A DNA stretch of 64,000 nt from Macrostomum lignano (taxonomy: Eukaryota): NCBI GenBank assembly GCA_002269645.1, contig NIVC01000471.1:239215-303214 (forward strand), given 5' to 3'. The notes under the pieces are model-generated. The model made no database searches, had not been told where the DNA came from, and saw nothing but the letters and a program-made list of their open reading frames with translations. The position numbers and the translations under genes were made by a program. This document shows positions 28,975 to 41,600 of the stretch, piece by piece; positions within the stretch are counted from its first letter, which is position 1, and each line of letters begins with the position of its first letter.

Positions 28975-30210
28975 TGTCACTCAATCATTCCGTCACTCTA
29001 TCCTTGTGTCACTCTATCATTGTGTCACTATCATTGTGTCACTCTATCATTGTGTCACTCTATCATTGTGTCACTCTATCATTGTGTCACTATCATTGTG
29101 TCACTCTATCATAGTGTCACTCTATCATTGTGTCACTATCATTGTGTCACTCTATCATTGTGTCACTCTATCCTTGTGTCACTCTATCATTGTGTCACTC
29201 TATCATTGTGTCACTCTATCATTGTGTCACTATCATTGTGTCACTCTATCATAGTGTCACTCTATCATTGTGTCACTATCATTGTGTCACTCTATCATTG
29301 TGTCACTTTATCATGCTGTTACTCTATCATTGTGTCACTCTATCATGCTGTCACTCTATCATTCTGTCACTCAATCATTCTGTCACTCTGTCATTCCGTC
29401 ACTCTATCCTTGTGTCACTCTATCATTGTGTCACTCTATCATTGTGTCACTATCATTGTGTCACTTTATCATGCTGTCACTCTATCATTCTGTCACTCTA
29501 TCATTGTGTCACTCTATCATTGTGTCACTCTATCATTGTGTCACTCTATCATTGTGTCACTATCATTGTGTCACTCTATCATTGTGTCACTCTATCCTTG
29601 TGTCACTCTATCATTGTGTCACTCAATCATTCCGTCACTCTATCATTGTGTCTCTCTATCATTGTGTCACTCTATCATTGTGTCACTCTATCCTTGTGTC
29701 ACTCTATCATTGTGTCACTCTATCATAGTGTCACTCTATCATTGTGTCACTATCATTGTGTCACTCTATCATTGTGTCACTTTATCATGCTGTTACTCTA
29801 TCATTGTGTCACTCTATCATGCTGTCACTCTATCATTCTGTCACTCAATCATTCTGTCACTCTGTCATTCCGTCACTCTATCCTTGTGTCACTCTATCAT
29901 TGTGTCACTCTATCATTGTGTCACTATCATTGTGTCACTTTATCATGCTGTCACTCTATCATTCCGTCACTCTATCCTTGTGTCACTCTATCATTGTGTC
30001 ACTATCATTGTGTCACTCTATCATTGTGTCAATCTGTCATTGTGTCACTCTATCATTGTGTCAATCTGTCATTGTGTCACTCTATCATTCTGTCACTCAA
30101 TCATTGTGTCACTTTATCATGCTGTCACTCTATCATTGTGTCACTTTATCATGCTGTCACTCTATCATTGTGTCACTCTATCATTTTGTCACTCTGTCAT
30201 TCTGTCACTG
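28975..30210. repeat. 16-bp minisatellite (TGTCACTCTATCATTG) with 14-bp variants
   Basis: Direct reading. It is the source of the 379-437 aa pseudo-ORFs. Confidence 0.95.
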
Positions 30211-30462
30211 GGAATTTTCATTCCAGTGAGCTGAGGTGGGCCTGTGTGATTTCTCACATTCCAAAGTGATCCGCCGTCAGGAAATCCGATATGCTGCTGA
30301 GGCCTCGATTATTTTTGGTCTCGACTAACCAAAGCAGATTTTGGGACAGCGAGTCGATGGACTGAGCTATATCATAGGACGGAATGACCTGAGAATGGTG
30401 TAAACACATCCTGCTGTTGCTGCCTCTGTAGCATATTGATAGGAGGAAGTGCTTTGTCTAGT

Positions 30463-32113
30463 TGAGTCACTGGATGATGGAGTAACTGAATGATTGAGTC
30501 ACTAAAAGATTGAATCACTATATGATTAGGTAACTGAATTATTGAGTCTCTAGATGATTGAGTCACTGAATGATTAAGTCACTGAATGATTGAGTCACTG
30601 AATGATTGAGTCACTGAATAATTGAGTCACTGAATGATTGAGTCACTGAATGATTAAGTCACTGAATGATTGAGTCACTTCATTATTGAGTCACTGAATG
30701 ATTGAGTCACTTCATGATTGAGTCACTGAATGATTAAGTCACTGAAGGATTGATTCACTGAATGATTGATTCACTGAATGATTGAGTCACTGAATGATTG
30801 AGTCACTGAATGATTGAGTCACTGAATGATTGGAATGATTGAGTCACTGAATGATTGATTCACTGAATGATTAAGTCACTGAATAATTGAGTCACTGAAT
30901 GATTGAGTCACTGAATGATTAAGTCACTGAATGATTGAGTCACTTCATTATTGAGTCACTGAATGATTGAGTCACTTCATGATTGAGTCACTGAATGATT
31001 AAGTCACTGAAGGATTGATTCACTGAATGATTGAGTCACTAAAAGATTGAATCACTATATGATTAGGTAACTGAATTATTGAGTCTCTAGATGATTGAGT
31101 CACTGAATGATTAAGTCACTGAATGATTGAGTCACTGAATGATTGAGTCACTGAATAATTGAGTCACTGAATGATTGAGTCACTGAATGATTAAGTCACT
31201 GAATGATTGAGTCACTTCATTATTGAGTCACTGAATGATTGAGTCACTTCATGATTGAGTCACTGAATGATTAAGTCACTGAAGGATTGATTCACTGAAT
31301 GATTGATTCACTGAATGATTGAGTCACTGAATGATTGAGTCACTGAATGATTGAGTCACTGAATGATTGGAATGATTGAGTCACTGAATGATTGGAATGA
31401 TTGAGTCACTGAATGATTGATTCACTGAATGATTAAGTCACTGATTGATTAAGTCACTTAATGATTAAGTCACTGAATGATTGATTCACTGAATGATTGA
31501 TTCACTGAATGATTGAGTCACTGAATGATTGATTCACTGAATGATTGAGTCACTGAATGATTGAGTCACTGAATGATTGAGTCACTGAATGATTGATTCA
31601 CTGAATGATTGAGTCACTGAATGATTAATTCACTGAATGATTGATTCACTGAATGATTGAGTCACTGAATGATTGATTCACTGAATGATTGATTCACTGA
31701 ATGATTGAGTCACTGAATGATTGATTCACTGAATGATTGAGTCACTGAATGATTGAGTCACTGAATGATTGATTCACTGAATGATTGATTCACTGAATGA
31801 TTGAGTCACTGAATGATTAATTCACTGAATGATTGATTCACTGAATGATTGAGTCACTGAATGATTGAGTCACTGAATGATTGAGTCACTGAATGATTGA
31901 GTCACTGAATGATTGAGTCACTGAATGATTGATTCACTATATGATTAGGTAACTGAATGATTGATTCATTGATTGATTGAGTCACTGAATGATTGATTCA
32001 CTGAATGATTAATTCACTGAATGATTGAGTCACTGAATGATTGATTCACTGAATGATTGAGTCTCTAGATAATTGAGTCACTAAATGATTGAGTCACTGA
32101 ATGATTGAGTCAC
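30463..32113. repeat. 16-bp minisatellite (GAGTCACTGAATGATT)
   Basis: Direct reading, with an internal block duplication (about 30480-31020 repeated at about 31020-31400). Confidence 0.95.
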
Positions 32114-32455
32114 AAGATGGTTTTGCGGCTGAGGAACTGTGTAACTGAGTAAGTGAATGAGCGACTGAGTGACTTCCGCGGACCGATCAAGAGACCACAA
32201 TGCTGCATGAGACCTTCCTGCATGAGACCAGCAGCTGGAGGGCCTCCCCAGTAGAGTTGCTGGTGTCGCATTTTGATTCGCTGTCCCGTGCCTTCCTTAA
32301 TCCGCTGTCATCATCAGATCCACTGCAAATTTTCGGAGGCTGAATCGTCTATTTAGGAGGCCGACCTGAGATGCAGCAGGTCTTCGCCCGCCGCGCTGAA
32401 CCGAGAAAAATCGAAATCTACTTGAGAAACTTACAGATAAAGTACTGAAGCCGAC

Positions 32456-32560
32456 ATGACGCTACGAATCTTCTGCCTGCAGGTCAGTTATTTAGTTTGT
32501 TAGTTCGTTTGTTTGTTTGTTTGTTTGTTTGTTTGTTAGATAGTTACTTTAGTTAGTTAT

Positions 32561-32633
<73 letters not shown>

Positions 32634-33440
32634 CAGCTAGTTAGTTAGCTAGCCAGTTAGTTAGCTAGCCAGTTATTTAGTTAGTTAGCTAGCCAGTTAG
32701 TTAGCTAGCCAGTTAGTTAGCTAGCCAGTTAGTTAGCTAGCCAGTTAGTTAGCTAGCCAGTTAGTTAGCTAGCCAGTTATTTAGTTAGTTAGTCAGCTAG
32801 TTAGTTAGCTAGCCAGTTAGTTAGCTAGCCAGTTATTTAGTTAGTTAGCTAGCCAGTTAGTTAGCTAGCCAGTTAGTTAGCTAGCCAGTTATTTAGTTAG
32901 TTAGTCAGCTAGTTAGTTAGCTAGCCAGTTAGTTAGCTAGCCAGTTATTTAGTTAGTTAGCTAGCCAGTTAGTTAGCTAGCCAGTTATTTAGTTAGTTAG
33001 CTAGCCAGTTAGTTAGCTAGCCAGTTAGTTAGTTAGGTTGGTCACTGTGTGCTGTTTCACCCCTGCCGGGTCTTCAGGTACTTCTGGTGAGCCTGGTGGC
33101 ACTGTCGATGATGGCTCCATCGCATTGCTCAAGCGTCGACGAGCTGGAAGAAGACCAATCTGGAATCCGCCTGATCAGACCGCGGCATGCTTCGCTTGAC
33201 AAGCTGGAGCGGAGTCTGTACCGCCTGCTGCTGACTTCGCCGGAGCATCGGCAACAAGGTGGAGCCGCCACCGCCGCCGCCGCCAAGCAGCTCGCGGCCG
33301 CTCTGGCAGCTGAGGAGCCCGGAGAAGACGTGGTTCGAATTCGGTGAGGTTTTTATGACGAATTACAAGTATATTCGAGACGTTTGAAAAAACTAAATCA
33401 CCAATTTATAACAAAACTGGTTACTTTCAGATTCGGCTGA
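32456..33440 (+). CDS. RFamide neuropeptide precursor (divergent NPF/NPY-like), 100 aa, C-terminus ...EDVVRIRF-G-stop
   Basis: Exons 32456-32482 (MTLRIFCLQ|GTCAGT), 33078-33343 (CTTCAG|...ATTCG|GTGAGG) and 33431-33440 (TTTCAG|A TTC GGC TGA) are all in phase. Signal peptide MTLRIFCLQVLLVSLVALSMMAPSHCS, RxRF plus an amidation Gly, and a phase-2 intron in the Arg codon of RF. Confidence 0.82.
32490..33035. repeat. (GTTT/GTTA/GCTA)n microsatellite in intron 1 of the RFamide gene
   Basis: Direct reading. Confidence 0.95.
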
Positions 33441-34428
33441 ATCCAGTTCAAAGTTGGCTTGTTTCTAAGAAGTCTCTCGCACAATGTCACCAAGTTGAAC
33501 TAATAAAGTACACGGCATGAACAGTTATTGTTCTGATGTAATATCTTTTTGCAATGTGATGAGCCCGCAATTGTAAACAATTAATAAATAGTTGATCATT
33601 GGACTTTACCAGTCGGCGATCTTACTTGTAGTATGATCGATCGTTTCTGCACATCAATTGTGATTTTGCGAGGTGCCGTCAAAATTGGCTATTTTCAAGT
33701 TTTTTGTTTTAATGAAAGTTTCATTTTAAGATTTTATTATTTATTAATAATTATTCAAATAATTCTGATTTAGTTAACACACGATACACGAGTCACGATA
33801 AAAGGTAGACTCATATTGAGAATTCAGAGCTATATATTTGACAATTAATATTTTAGAATTAAAAGTTAAATAACTAATAAAAATAAGAAGTTATTAATTA
33901 TTTAAATTACATATGTGGGATTCTTGATAAATACGCAGAATTACAATTTATAAAAATATTCTCAGAATAACGATTAAACAAGCCGATACGTACAGTTTGA
34001 CACAGGCAGTAATTAAATATATAATTTTTTAACGTTCATTGTTTGTTTACTTCAGCTTCTAAAGAATATATTTTGAGCAACAAAGATATATAGGGTTAGG
34101 TTAAAATTTGTTTTTCTGCCACTTTCGTTTCAGCAACTGCGGAATTAAATAAGTTAATTATAACAAACAAACAAAATGGCGTCAAAATAGCTACTGAACG
34201 AGGAGACAAAGATCCAGAATATCTTTTTTTAAATCATTTTTCTGTTACTTTTAATATATTATATAAGAAATACTTTTTATTTATAGGCAACTTCATTCAT
34301 AAACAACATTTTTGGTTAGAGGCTTCAGTTAGTCGCAAAGTTTCTACATTAAAGTTGTCTTTGGGTAAAACTTTTTGATCATGTTGAACCTGAAACAGTT
34401 CAGCTGCTGCAGATAATCTCGGGTATAC

Positions 34429-37400
34429 TCAAATGTCCATCTTTTTCATTCGCTCCATCAGCAACTCTACAGCCCGGTCATTCTCCTCCTTGGACAGAAC
34501 CGGCTGCCTCTCGCCGCGACCCCCTTGGTAGCTCTGTGGGATGGGAGCGAATCTTGCTGTTTCTACTTTTTCCCTATGGAAATGAAATGGGAACTTGAAA
34601 ACAAATCAAAGAATAGTGTACAAGTCAGCAAGAAGCAGTGCTGCGAGAAGACGTGGCTTTTAAATTTCTTGCTTGAACAATAGTGGTATATTAGCTTTGG
34701 CTGGTGAACTTTTTTTGACAGAAAGCTTTGCAATTTTAGAACACAGACATGAGGTTCTAGGATGGCTATTAGTGATTCAAGATAACTCAGACTGAGATAC
34801 AGATATTTACTCATGCAGCGACAATGCTCTCAGGTGATGTGATCGTGAGTAGCCCTTTTATCTGAAACAGAGTTAAGAAAAAGTACATAATATCGCTTAA
34901 AACATGTTTTGGTTTGAGGCAGATGGCCTCTATTTTTAAAGACAAGACGCACATGTACTTTTAAAAGGACTTGTCGAGAATAAGATCGAATACTTGAAAT
35001 CAAATTTTAATTTCTAGGATAGAGTAGCGGCACATCAAAGAATCTTAGATAGTAGCGGCACATCAAAGAATCTTAGATAGTAGCGGCACATCAAAGAATC
35101 TTAGATAGTAGCGGCACATCAAAGAACCTTAGATAGAAGCGGCACATCAAAGAATCTAGGATAGTAGCGGCACATCAAAGAACCTAGGATAGTAGCGGCA
35201 AATCAAAGAACCTAGGATAGTAGCGGCACATCAAAGAACCTAGGATAGTAGCGGCACATCAAAGAATCTAGGATAGTAGCGGCAAATCAAAGAACCTAGG
35301 ATAGTAGCGGCACATCAAAGAACCTAGGATAGTAGCGGCACATCAAATAATCTAGGATAGTAGCGGCAAATCAAAGAATCTAGGAAAGTAGCGGCACATC
35401 AAAGAATCTAGGATAGTAGCGGCACATCAAAGAATTTATCAAACTCACCACGCTGAAGGGCCTCGGGTTGAGACTCCGGGCGCTGGAACGAGCGCTGCTC
35501 ATCCGTGACAAGGAGTGCTGGCCGTGCGCCTGTAGAATTCAGTTCGCACTTAATCATAAATCATAATTACTGCGGAAAAATTTCGTAAAAAAATATTGAT
35601 AATTCCGTATTGCTCCTACCTCGGAATCCCATTCAAGATCCTCTTCATTCTCGCATTGGTTGAGAGCGGCCAGGTATTCTAAATGCGATAAATTAACGCA
35701 TAATTTAGTAACAAATTGTTTCAGAAAAGTTCATCAGTTCAAGGACAACACTCGACACTAATGGATCGAGAGTCCCTGTAGCTATGCAAGTTCTACGATC
35801 AACCATCCGTCTTTTCGAGCCTTTTCGAGTAGCTCTCTTAATATCCCAGCTTACGCCCAGTTCGAGACTTGACTCACAAAACTCGTTAAAAGACAGGTTT
35901 TACCTTTCTAGAACTGGGGTGTTGGATTCATGGGTTGCTGTGCCGCACCAGAGAGTCCCTCTTGCACGCACGCGACAGTGATGATATCAATCAAGATTAA
36001 CTCAGACTGAATAAATTGACATTTTACCCCCCAAATAGAGCAATATGAAGTCCCTAATTCTCTTTTTCTACCTAATTCTAGTTCTCGATTAAATTCCATA
36101 TCATAATCCCCAGTCTCACCCTTGCGCTTCTTGGGGTTGATGATGCGAAAGATGCGAATCAGGCTGGCGCTGTCCTCCAGACCCGCGCCCCCGAAGATGT
36201 AGCACATGTGCCGGTGTATCCAGGCACCGTGGTGGATAAGGTTCTCCGGCTGCCCACCAGACGCTGGCAGAGCCGACGGCACCTTCCAAGTCCGCTTGTA
36301 GAGGCTGAACTTCATCAGCGGCTCCTGGACCGGGCCGCCATCCGGGAACACGCAGTCGTTGTAACCCCCGAATAGGAACAGGTCCTTGGACTGGTGCGCG
36401 GTGAGGCTGTGCCCGGCTCGCGGCATCGGCAGCAGGTGACCTTCGACTGGGACGCGCGACCACTGCAGGGTGGCTGCAGAAATCGGGAAAATATTCTGAA
36501 TTGGCTACTGTAAGTAGAGGCCATTTGAACTTCAGCGCTTTCGATGCTTTATGAAGATTCAACTGACTGGAAAATATGGTATTTAGTTCAGCTGGAATCC
36601 ATGCTAATCATGCTTGGGCGCAACCTAGGGATTCACCCGGCCGTTTCTATTGGCAACACACACATGTAAGTCGCTATTGGACGGAATAGTAGTCACGTGA
36701 CTGCTCTCAGCCAATAGCGACTTACATGTGTGTGTTGCCAATAGAAACGGCCGAGTGATTCCCAAGGTTGCGCATGTGTGATGCTAATGATGCTGGAATC
36801 CATGCTAATGAAGCTGAAATCCATGCTAATGAAGCTGGAATCCATGCTAATGAAGCTGGAATCCGCAATTTTGAACGTGCGAGGTCCATAGCTCAACCGT
36901 CAAGACCAGTTGACAAATACACATACATGCATCATCTCTGTGAGTCCCTGGCTATGAAACTATTCATCCACGTTTTCCTTGTCTTTGAGTACCGGGGCCA
37001 CTCACCAGTGTCCAGCTGGTGCAAGTCGTTGTAAAAGCAGCCCTGACCTCCGGTGCCTCCGAACACGTACAGGCTCTGTCCCACCGCAGCGGCCGCGTGT
37101 TCGCATCTGGGCGACGGCGGCGCGCCGCTGACCGTTGCCCGGTGCCAGTGCTGCGCCATGATGTCGTACACAAACGTCGTATTGCTAAGGACGCCGTTGC
37201 TATGGCCGCCGAATACAACAAGCTGCGATTCGATCATGTTGCTGGTGTTGTACACCTGCTCGGGCTCCTCTCCGCTGGCCTTGACGTGGGTCCACTTGCG
37301 CACCACTGCAGAGTTTATTTGCAGATTTTTGGGCTTTTCAACTTCGAAATGAAAAATTTAAGGATATCAACTCGGCTTTTACTACCTTAGGGGCGTCGAT

Positions 37401-38648
37401 GGGCTTTAAGGGGTAAGAGCGCTTGAGGCGCCTGCACCAGAGGCGCCAGCACCAGAGGCGCCAGCACCAGAGGCGCCAGCACCAGAGGCGCCAGCACCAG
37501 AGGCGCCAGCACCAGAGGCGCCAGCACCAGAGGCGCCAGCACCAGAGGCGCCAGCACCAGAGGCGCCAGCACCAGAGGCGCCAGCACCAGAGGCGCCAGC
37601 ACCAGAGGCGCCAGCACCAGAGGCGCCAGCACCAGAGGCGCCAGCACCAGAGGCGCCAGCACCAGAGGCGCCAGCACCAGAGGCGCCAGCACCAGAGGCG
37701 CCAGCACCAGAGGCGCCAGCACCAGAGGCGCCAGCATCAGTGGCGCCAAAAACAAAATAATCACGCATTAGGAAAATGAAAAAAATGGGAGCAGAGGCGC
37801 CTCAACTGCTGCATGGGGCGATAAATCAGCTGTCAGAGAGCCAATTGAGAGGTGCCGTGACCCCCTTGCGCCTGGGCTACGTCTCTGCATGGCCATATAT
37901 TAGTCCTTGACATTGTACGGTAAGTGTAGCGCTGATGAGGGTCATACTGCATACAATTTCATATCATTGAAATGCAACACTAGAATCGCTTACAAACGTC
38001 GAACTGGTAGGTTCCGGGAATGCAGGAGGCCTCATTAAGATTGCTCTTGCCGCCAAACAGGATTAATAAATTCTCGAATAGGCTGGAATTAAAAAAATAC
38101 ATTATTAAAAATATATATTTTTTCATTCTGTCAATGACAGTTCTTAAGTTCAGATTTGTATTTTTCTGGTTGATAAAGTTGTGATAAAGTTAGCAAATTT
38201 ACTACTACAAATAGTGCAAAAGGGGGCACTTACTGCAAGTGGTGATAGGCCCTGGCCTCAGGCACGTCTCCATGCCCTGACGAAATTTTCACACATTTTA
38301 ATCTTTGACTATCCTGAACTGAAAAAATGAATTTTATGATGCCAGCTGATAAAGAAGGTTATGTATAAATTCTTTTAAGATATTTGTCCATCTTTGAAAG
38401 TATTACTGCACAGAAATTTAATAATCAATTTAGTCCAATGTACCTGAGATTTTCCAGATGTCGTTGTAGAATGTGATTTTCTTTCCAGACTGGAAAATTG
38501 CATAAATCAGATCAAAGTAAGGAATTTCCGCAGGAATGCATTAAGCAAGAAATTCTATCTTCAAAAATGTATTCTTACCTTCGAAAGCTTGAACCCTCCG
38601 TGCAAATACAAATCATTATTCCTAGTCTCCGTTATAGCTGTGTTGTGT
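34429..38648 (-). CDS. Kelch-repeat (beta-propeller) protein, RABEPK/KLHDC-like; 5' and 3' ends uncertain
   Basis: Phase-compatible exons 38648-38579 (LYLHGG), 38489-38444 (FYNDIW), 38276-38234 (PEARAYH), 38082-37994 (LILFGG), 37305-37006 (LVVFGG; PSPRCEHAAAAVGQSLYVFGG) and 36473-36120 (PRAGHS..LFLFGG; YIFGG). Candidate tail exons are 35678-35620, 35529-35449 and 34556-34429. The start exon was not found. Confidence 0.8.
35030..35435. repeat. 28-bp tandem repeat (TAGATAGTAGCGGCACATCAAAGAATCT)
   Basis: Direct reading. Confidence 0.94.
36618..36773. repeat. Near-perfect inverted repeat (63-bp arms, 30-bp spacer) in a kelch-gene intron
   Basis: 36618-36680 GCGCAACC...GTCGCTATTGG is the reverse complement of 36711-36773 CCAATAGCGAC...GGTTGCGC with about 3 mismatches. 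The spacer contains the palindrome AGTCACGTGACT. Confidence 0.92.
37388..37887. repeat. 15-bp tandem repeat (GCACCAGAGGCGCCA; ~37427-37750) inside a possible degenerate MITE
   Basis: The array is near perfect. The ends TAGGGGCGTCG... and ...CTACGTCTCTG resemble CAGGGGCG-type TIRs only loosely, and no TSD was seen. Confidence 0.8.
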
Positions 38649-41600
38649 CTGAAATAATGGGTTTAATGAGTGCACGAACCCTGATTATTGTTGTATCTGA
38701 GCCCTTGTCAGAGTTCTTAAAAAGAATACATGCTGATTCAAAATTTTTTAAATGAGATCAATATGGATATCGCGGCTTCTATGAGTTGGATAAAGGAATT
38801 GTGTCGAGGAAAAGAAAGAACCTAGAGCATTGAGACTTACATTACAAGGGAGCAGTTGTTGGCTGAAAGAAATACATTTCTTACAAAACGCCATTGACCC
38901 AATTTTTCGCTAGCCCTTTATATTAATACTTTACTTGTTATATTAGAAATTTATATTGTTTAATCATTATTTATAGAAATACAAAATATAATATTTTTTT
39001 GTAAAACTCATGAGCGAAAGCAAATGAACTCTTGTTCAGAAGTTAAAAATACCTTTTAAGCTGTTCAACAGAGTCTTCTGCGATAGAAGACAACCAATGA
39101 ATTGAGGGCAAAGCCATTTATCATTGGCAACAAACTAACTACAAAGGAATCAGGAGAGTCAAATCAAGCCAGGCCAGAAGGAATCGAGTAATTTACAGCA
39201 GGTTGTCGTGTTAAAAGCATATTATTTACCCTCGAAATAAAAATTATGTCTTCTAGTCTTCTACTTTTTGTAACAAATTTTGTAGTACAGCATAAGCTCT
39301 ATTAGCCTAGAAACAAAATTTTTAGTTACTTGGAATAAAAATAAACTAGCTTTGTTATAACGAACAATAGTTCACAGAAAGTTTTTTTTTAAATTAAGCC
39401 GCAATGTGCTTCTGGTGCTTCTGCAACCGATCGAGTTTAGACATAGTTTACAGTTTACAAGCTGGCTCGCAGCTCGCTCAAGCTGTTCAGTGTTCAAGAT
39501 AATGCAAAAAACGAGAGTACTTCTATGACGAGCAATTTTAGTAATGCGGCTTATAAATTAGACCAAATTAAAGGTTGATTTTTCGTCTTTGTGCAATGTG
39601 CATAAATATGGTCCAAGACCAATTCTATTGTCCCGTGTCCTCAAGTCCAAGGGCAAGGCCCAGGGGAGGGGCGAGAGCCGATATGAAAAAGTTTGAATTA
39701 TTTCATTCACAACAGTTATTACGACTTTAGTCAATACCAACATCTTTTCTACTGGTTAAAAACAATGTTTTGACTATTTGTACTTGTCTTTAAGAAGCCA
39801 AATTGTTTCATTGATTTTTGTGAATAGCATTGGCCTATTTTCTAATATTTCTGAGGGCTGAGGCTAGGACCTAGCCAGTAGTACAACCAGAAATTTGTTG
39901 GGGGGGGGGATGAATTCTGAAGGGTAAGGACCCAAGAGGGCAGAGGAGGTGCGGCTCTCCAGGCTTTGTATTTTGGCAAAAATTCACTTGGTCCCCCTTT
40001 TCCATAGTTTGGAACACCCTGAATGTACGCCAGACTAAAATCTCCCACAATTTTTTTGGTACACCAGTATATGCCAAATTTTTTCCAACCCAAAATTAAA
40101 ATCCCAGATTTACAGAAAAAATAAGCCTTAGGCTATTATGAGCCTTATTTCTTATGTTGCGCTGTTGCGTTGCATTGAATGACCTATTTTGCTCTTTCAT
40201 TTCACTTTTTGCTTGTTCGCTGATACTCTTTATGGCAGGATGTCAATACATGCCAAGATTTATTTCATTTTTTCAAAATAATTACTTTCTACAATTCCAT
40301 TTAAATTTACTGTTATTTTACTATTTGATTTTGCAATTGTAGGAACATGTATCATGATGTATGCCACTTTTTCACTATCCATTTTTTACATAAAATAGGG
40401 CCTAGTACGCCAAATTTAAAAAATTAAAAAAAATTGTATATTTAAAGTCGTGAGTATAGGCCTATGAGACAGGCATTAATAATAGCTCTAATACTTTTAA
40501 ATTTTACTCGTTTTGTTTGCCTTTCTTAGAAAAACCTTTATTCAAATCTGCGCAAAATATTTGTTTGAATTTTGTGGTTTGCAAAAATATTTCTGCAATT
40601 ATTATTTTGTTTAAACTATAATGAATTTTGGGTATAAATAGACACGCTGAGCAGACTTGAGGAAGCAACCGTTTGCTGCCTCTCAGTTTTCGATAAGCAA
40701 ATTTAGTTCGTTCTAAATATTGAAATTGCTTAAAGACTTAATCATTTCTTAGAGTATAAGAACCCCAATTGGGAGTATCAGAAACCGCTACAAGCGAGAA
40801 ACCGCCTTAGGGCAGTAAATTGTAAATTTGCCTCAGGGCAGGAGAACCGCCTCATAACGAGAGAAGATCGCCTCAGGGCAGAGAAAGAGCATAAGCTGTG
40901 ACCCTCTGATCCAGGGAACGCCCAGGACTGAGAGAATAATATTAGGGGAAGCATAGGAATAGAATAGACAGTGCTATTAGACCGCTCAGGCTAGAAAGTA
41001 CAATAGAAGTACATACGCTACCAATAGAAGTACATACGCTACCGATAGAAGTACATGCGCTACCAATAGAAAGACAATTAATAACCAGTAGAATTATTAA
41101 GGAGAAATAGCTTTATTACAACTTTGGGTGGCATTTAGGATTCTCAGTGTACAGGGAAGAGCACTGTGACAACTTGATAACAGCAGTGGGATATTATTAA
41201 GAGGGAAGCAAACCCCCTGTAACAACTTTGGTGGCAGCTAGTAAGGCTAGCAAAAGGAATAATTAAGAGCCCTACGACACCTATACTAGATTAATCTAGC
41301 ATACTACCCCTCTTCTAGACTAGGGCGCCCCTCAACAATGCTTTGATTTTCTTTCTGCCTCTAAAAGAGTAGGGGGAGGATGGTAACAACTGCCCCCTGC
41401 CCCTACCCACCCTCCCCCCCCCCCTAGTTAGGCCACTAGATCTAGGTCCTAGGTAGGTGGCAAGCCTATTACAATTTGGGATTATTATATTATAGGTCTA
41501 ATTATATAATAGGCCTAGTACTTAATTATTCAATAAGAATAAATAGACCAATGAAAAAATTAATTTTTAACCATCTTCCAAACACTAGGCCTAGGCCTTA

